From Callorhinchus milii (lineage: Eukaryota), in assembly GCF_018977255.1 (NCBI RefSeq), contig NW_024704742.1, positions 129,830,001-129,894,000 of the forward strand: a stretch of 64,000 nt of DNA. Direction: 5' to 3'. The notes beneath the pieces are model-generated. The model made no database searches. It saw nothing but the letters and a program-made list of their open reading frames with translations, and had not been told where the DNA came from. Of the stretch, positions 62,805 to 64,000 are shown piece by piece. The translations under genes were made by a program, and so were the position numbers. How positions within the stretch are numbered: the first letter of the stretch is position 1; the number at the start of each line of letters is the position of its first letter.

Positions 62805-63785
62805 CAACAACAACAAACAACAACAAATTACATTTTTATAGCACCTTTCATGTCAGGAGGATGTCCCAAGGTACTGAACAGTCAAGGATTTGCACCCAAG
62901 CTGGGGTTTGGGATCAGGAAGGGTGGAGGGTAGGGAGGGTACAAGGGTGACCGAAAACATGGTAAAAGAGGAAGCTCTTGAGACAGGTCTTGAAGGAGGG
63001 AAGGGACAAGTTGACGGGTTTGTGGGATGGAGTTCCAAAGGAAGGGGACAAAGAAAATGAAGACCTGACCACCGATGGTGGGACTGGTCGGGCAGGGGAC
63101 ATGGAACAGCCAGAGTCCACTGAGCGGAGTGAGTGGACAGGTTGATATGGAGTTAGCAGGTCACAGAGGTAGGAAGGGGCAAAGCTGTGGAAGGCTTTGA
63201 AAGCAAGATTAAACTCTGTCCTCGGCGGGATGGGGAGCCAGTGGAGCCGGATTAGGATTGGGTGATCAATAGACCAAAGAATCAAGATCTTCCAAACCTC
63301 TTGTGATCTTGTAATATCTTGCACTAAAGGGGAGAAATTCCACCTGGGTCTCCAGATGTACTTCATGTAACATTTCAAAGCATTCAGATCTTGCCAAATT
63401 CTTAATTACAACCTTAGTTTTGAAACCAGTTTTCTGTAAGATCTTTCAAGAACTATAAAAAAAAGCTTCAAAGTTAATACTGAAAATCAACAATTTGCCA
63501 AATTCTGGAGAGTGGGGGAGATGGGGTCATGGAGTTTGGTGTGGGAGAGGACATGGGCTACAGAGTTCTGGATTATCTGTAGCCTGTGGAGGGAGGACTT
63601 TGGAAGGCCGACAAGCAGGGCGTTTGCATAGTCGAGCCTGGAGGTTATGAAGGCATGAACAAGAGTTTCAGTGGCCTGAAGGGTGAGGTAGTGGCGGAGT
63701 CGGGTGATGTTACGGAGGTGAGTGAAGGCAGAGCAGGTCATGGCTTGAATGTGGGGGAGAAAAGACAGTTGAGGGTTGAACATGC
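62805..63785 (-). mobile_element. L2 LINE 3' fragment in two pieces (62805-63260 and 63510-63785)
   Basis: FNPQLSFLPHI..HAFITSRLDYANA..; LHWLPIP..FKTCLKSFLF; tail at 62805. Confidence 0.85.
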
Positions 63786-64000
63786 GAGAGGGACTATATA
63801 AATATAAATTTGTATTCTATTGCATCGATAGAGAGGAATCAACCCAGCTTTGGTTGTGTGAAATGAAAGGGAACAGGGAATTAATTCTGTATCATTTAAA
63901 AAAATGAAAAAGTGGGATTTAAGCAGTTCTTGACGTACTGTATTAACAGAAGAACATGAAAGGTGCAGTCAGTTTACCAATTAACGGCTTATAGCTGGAA

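Noticed and set aside
1..64000. Many copies of atccttgcatttgatatagcgccttatcac resembling a CRISPR-like repeat
   Set aside because: Dispersed in both orientations with irregular spacing; these are SINE 3' tails in eukaryotic DNA.

Overview
Vertebrate genomic DNA, not prokaryotic. It is most likely from a cartilaginous fish (chimaera-like), inferred from the dense L2 and CR1 LINEs, a young tRNA-derived SINE with an L2 tail, and Deu-domain SINEs. Two convergent intron-containing genes are visible. On the + strand is the 3' end of a membrane-bound alpha-carbonic anhydrase that best resembles CA9: three small symmetric stalk exons, a transmembrane exon and a cytoplasmic-tail exon (6679-12247). On the - strand is a gamma-secretase subunit APH-1 gene (exons 2-6 at 31650-21171, probable terminal exon from 18693); I could not find exon 1 in the window. 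The CA9-APH1 tail-to-tail layout mirrors human CA12-APH1B and CA14-APH1A, which suggests a third APH1 ohnolog absent beside human CA9. APH1 exons 2-3 occur twice in a near-identical 2.1-kb duplication (real or misassembly). That duplication is joined to a diverged copy of the first 1.6 kb of the window. Almost all ORF-track ORFs are retrotransposon fragments or noise.
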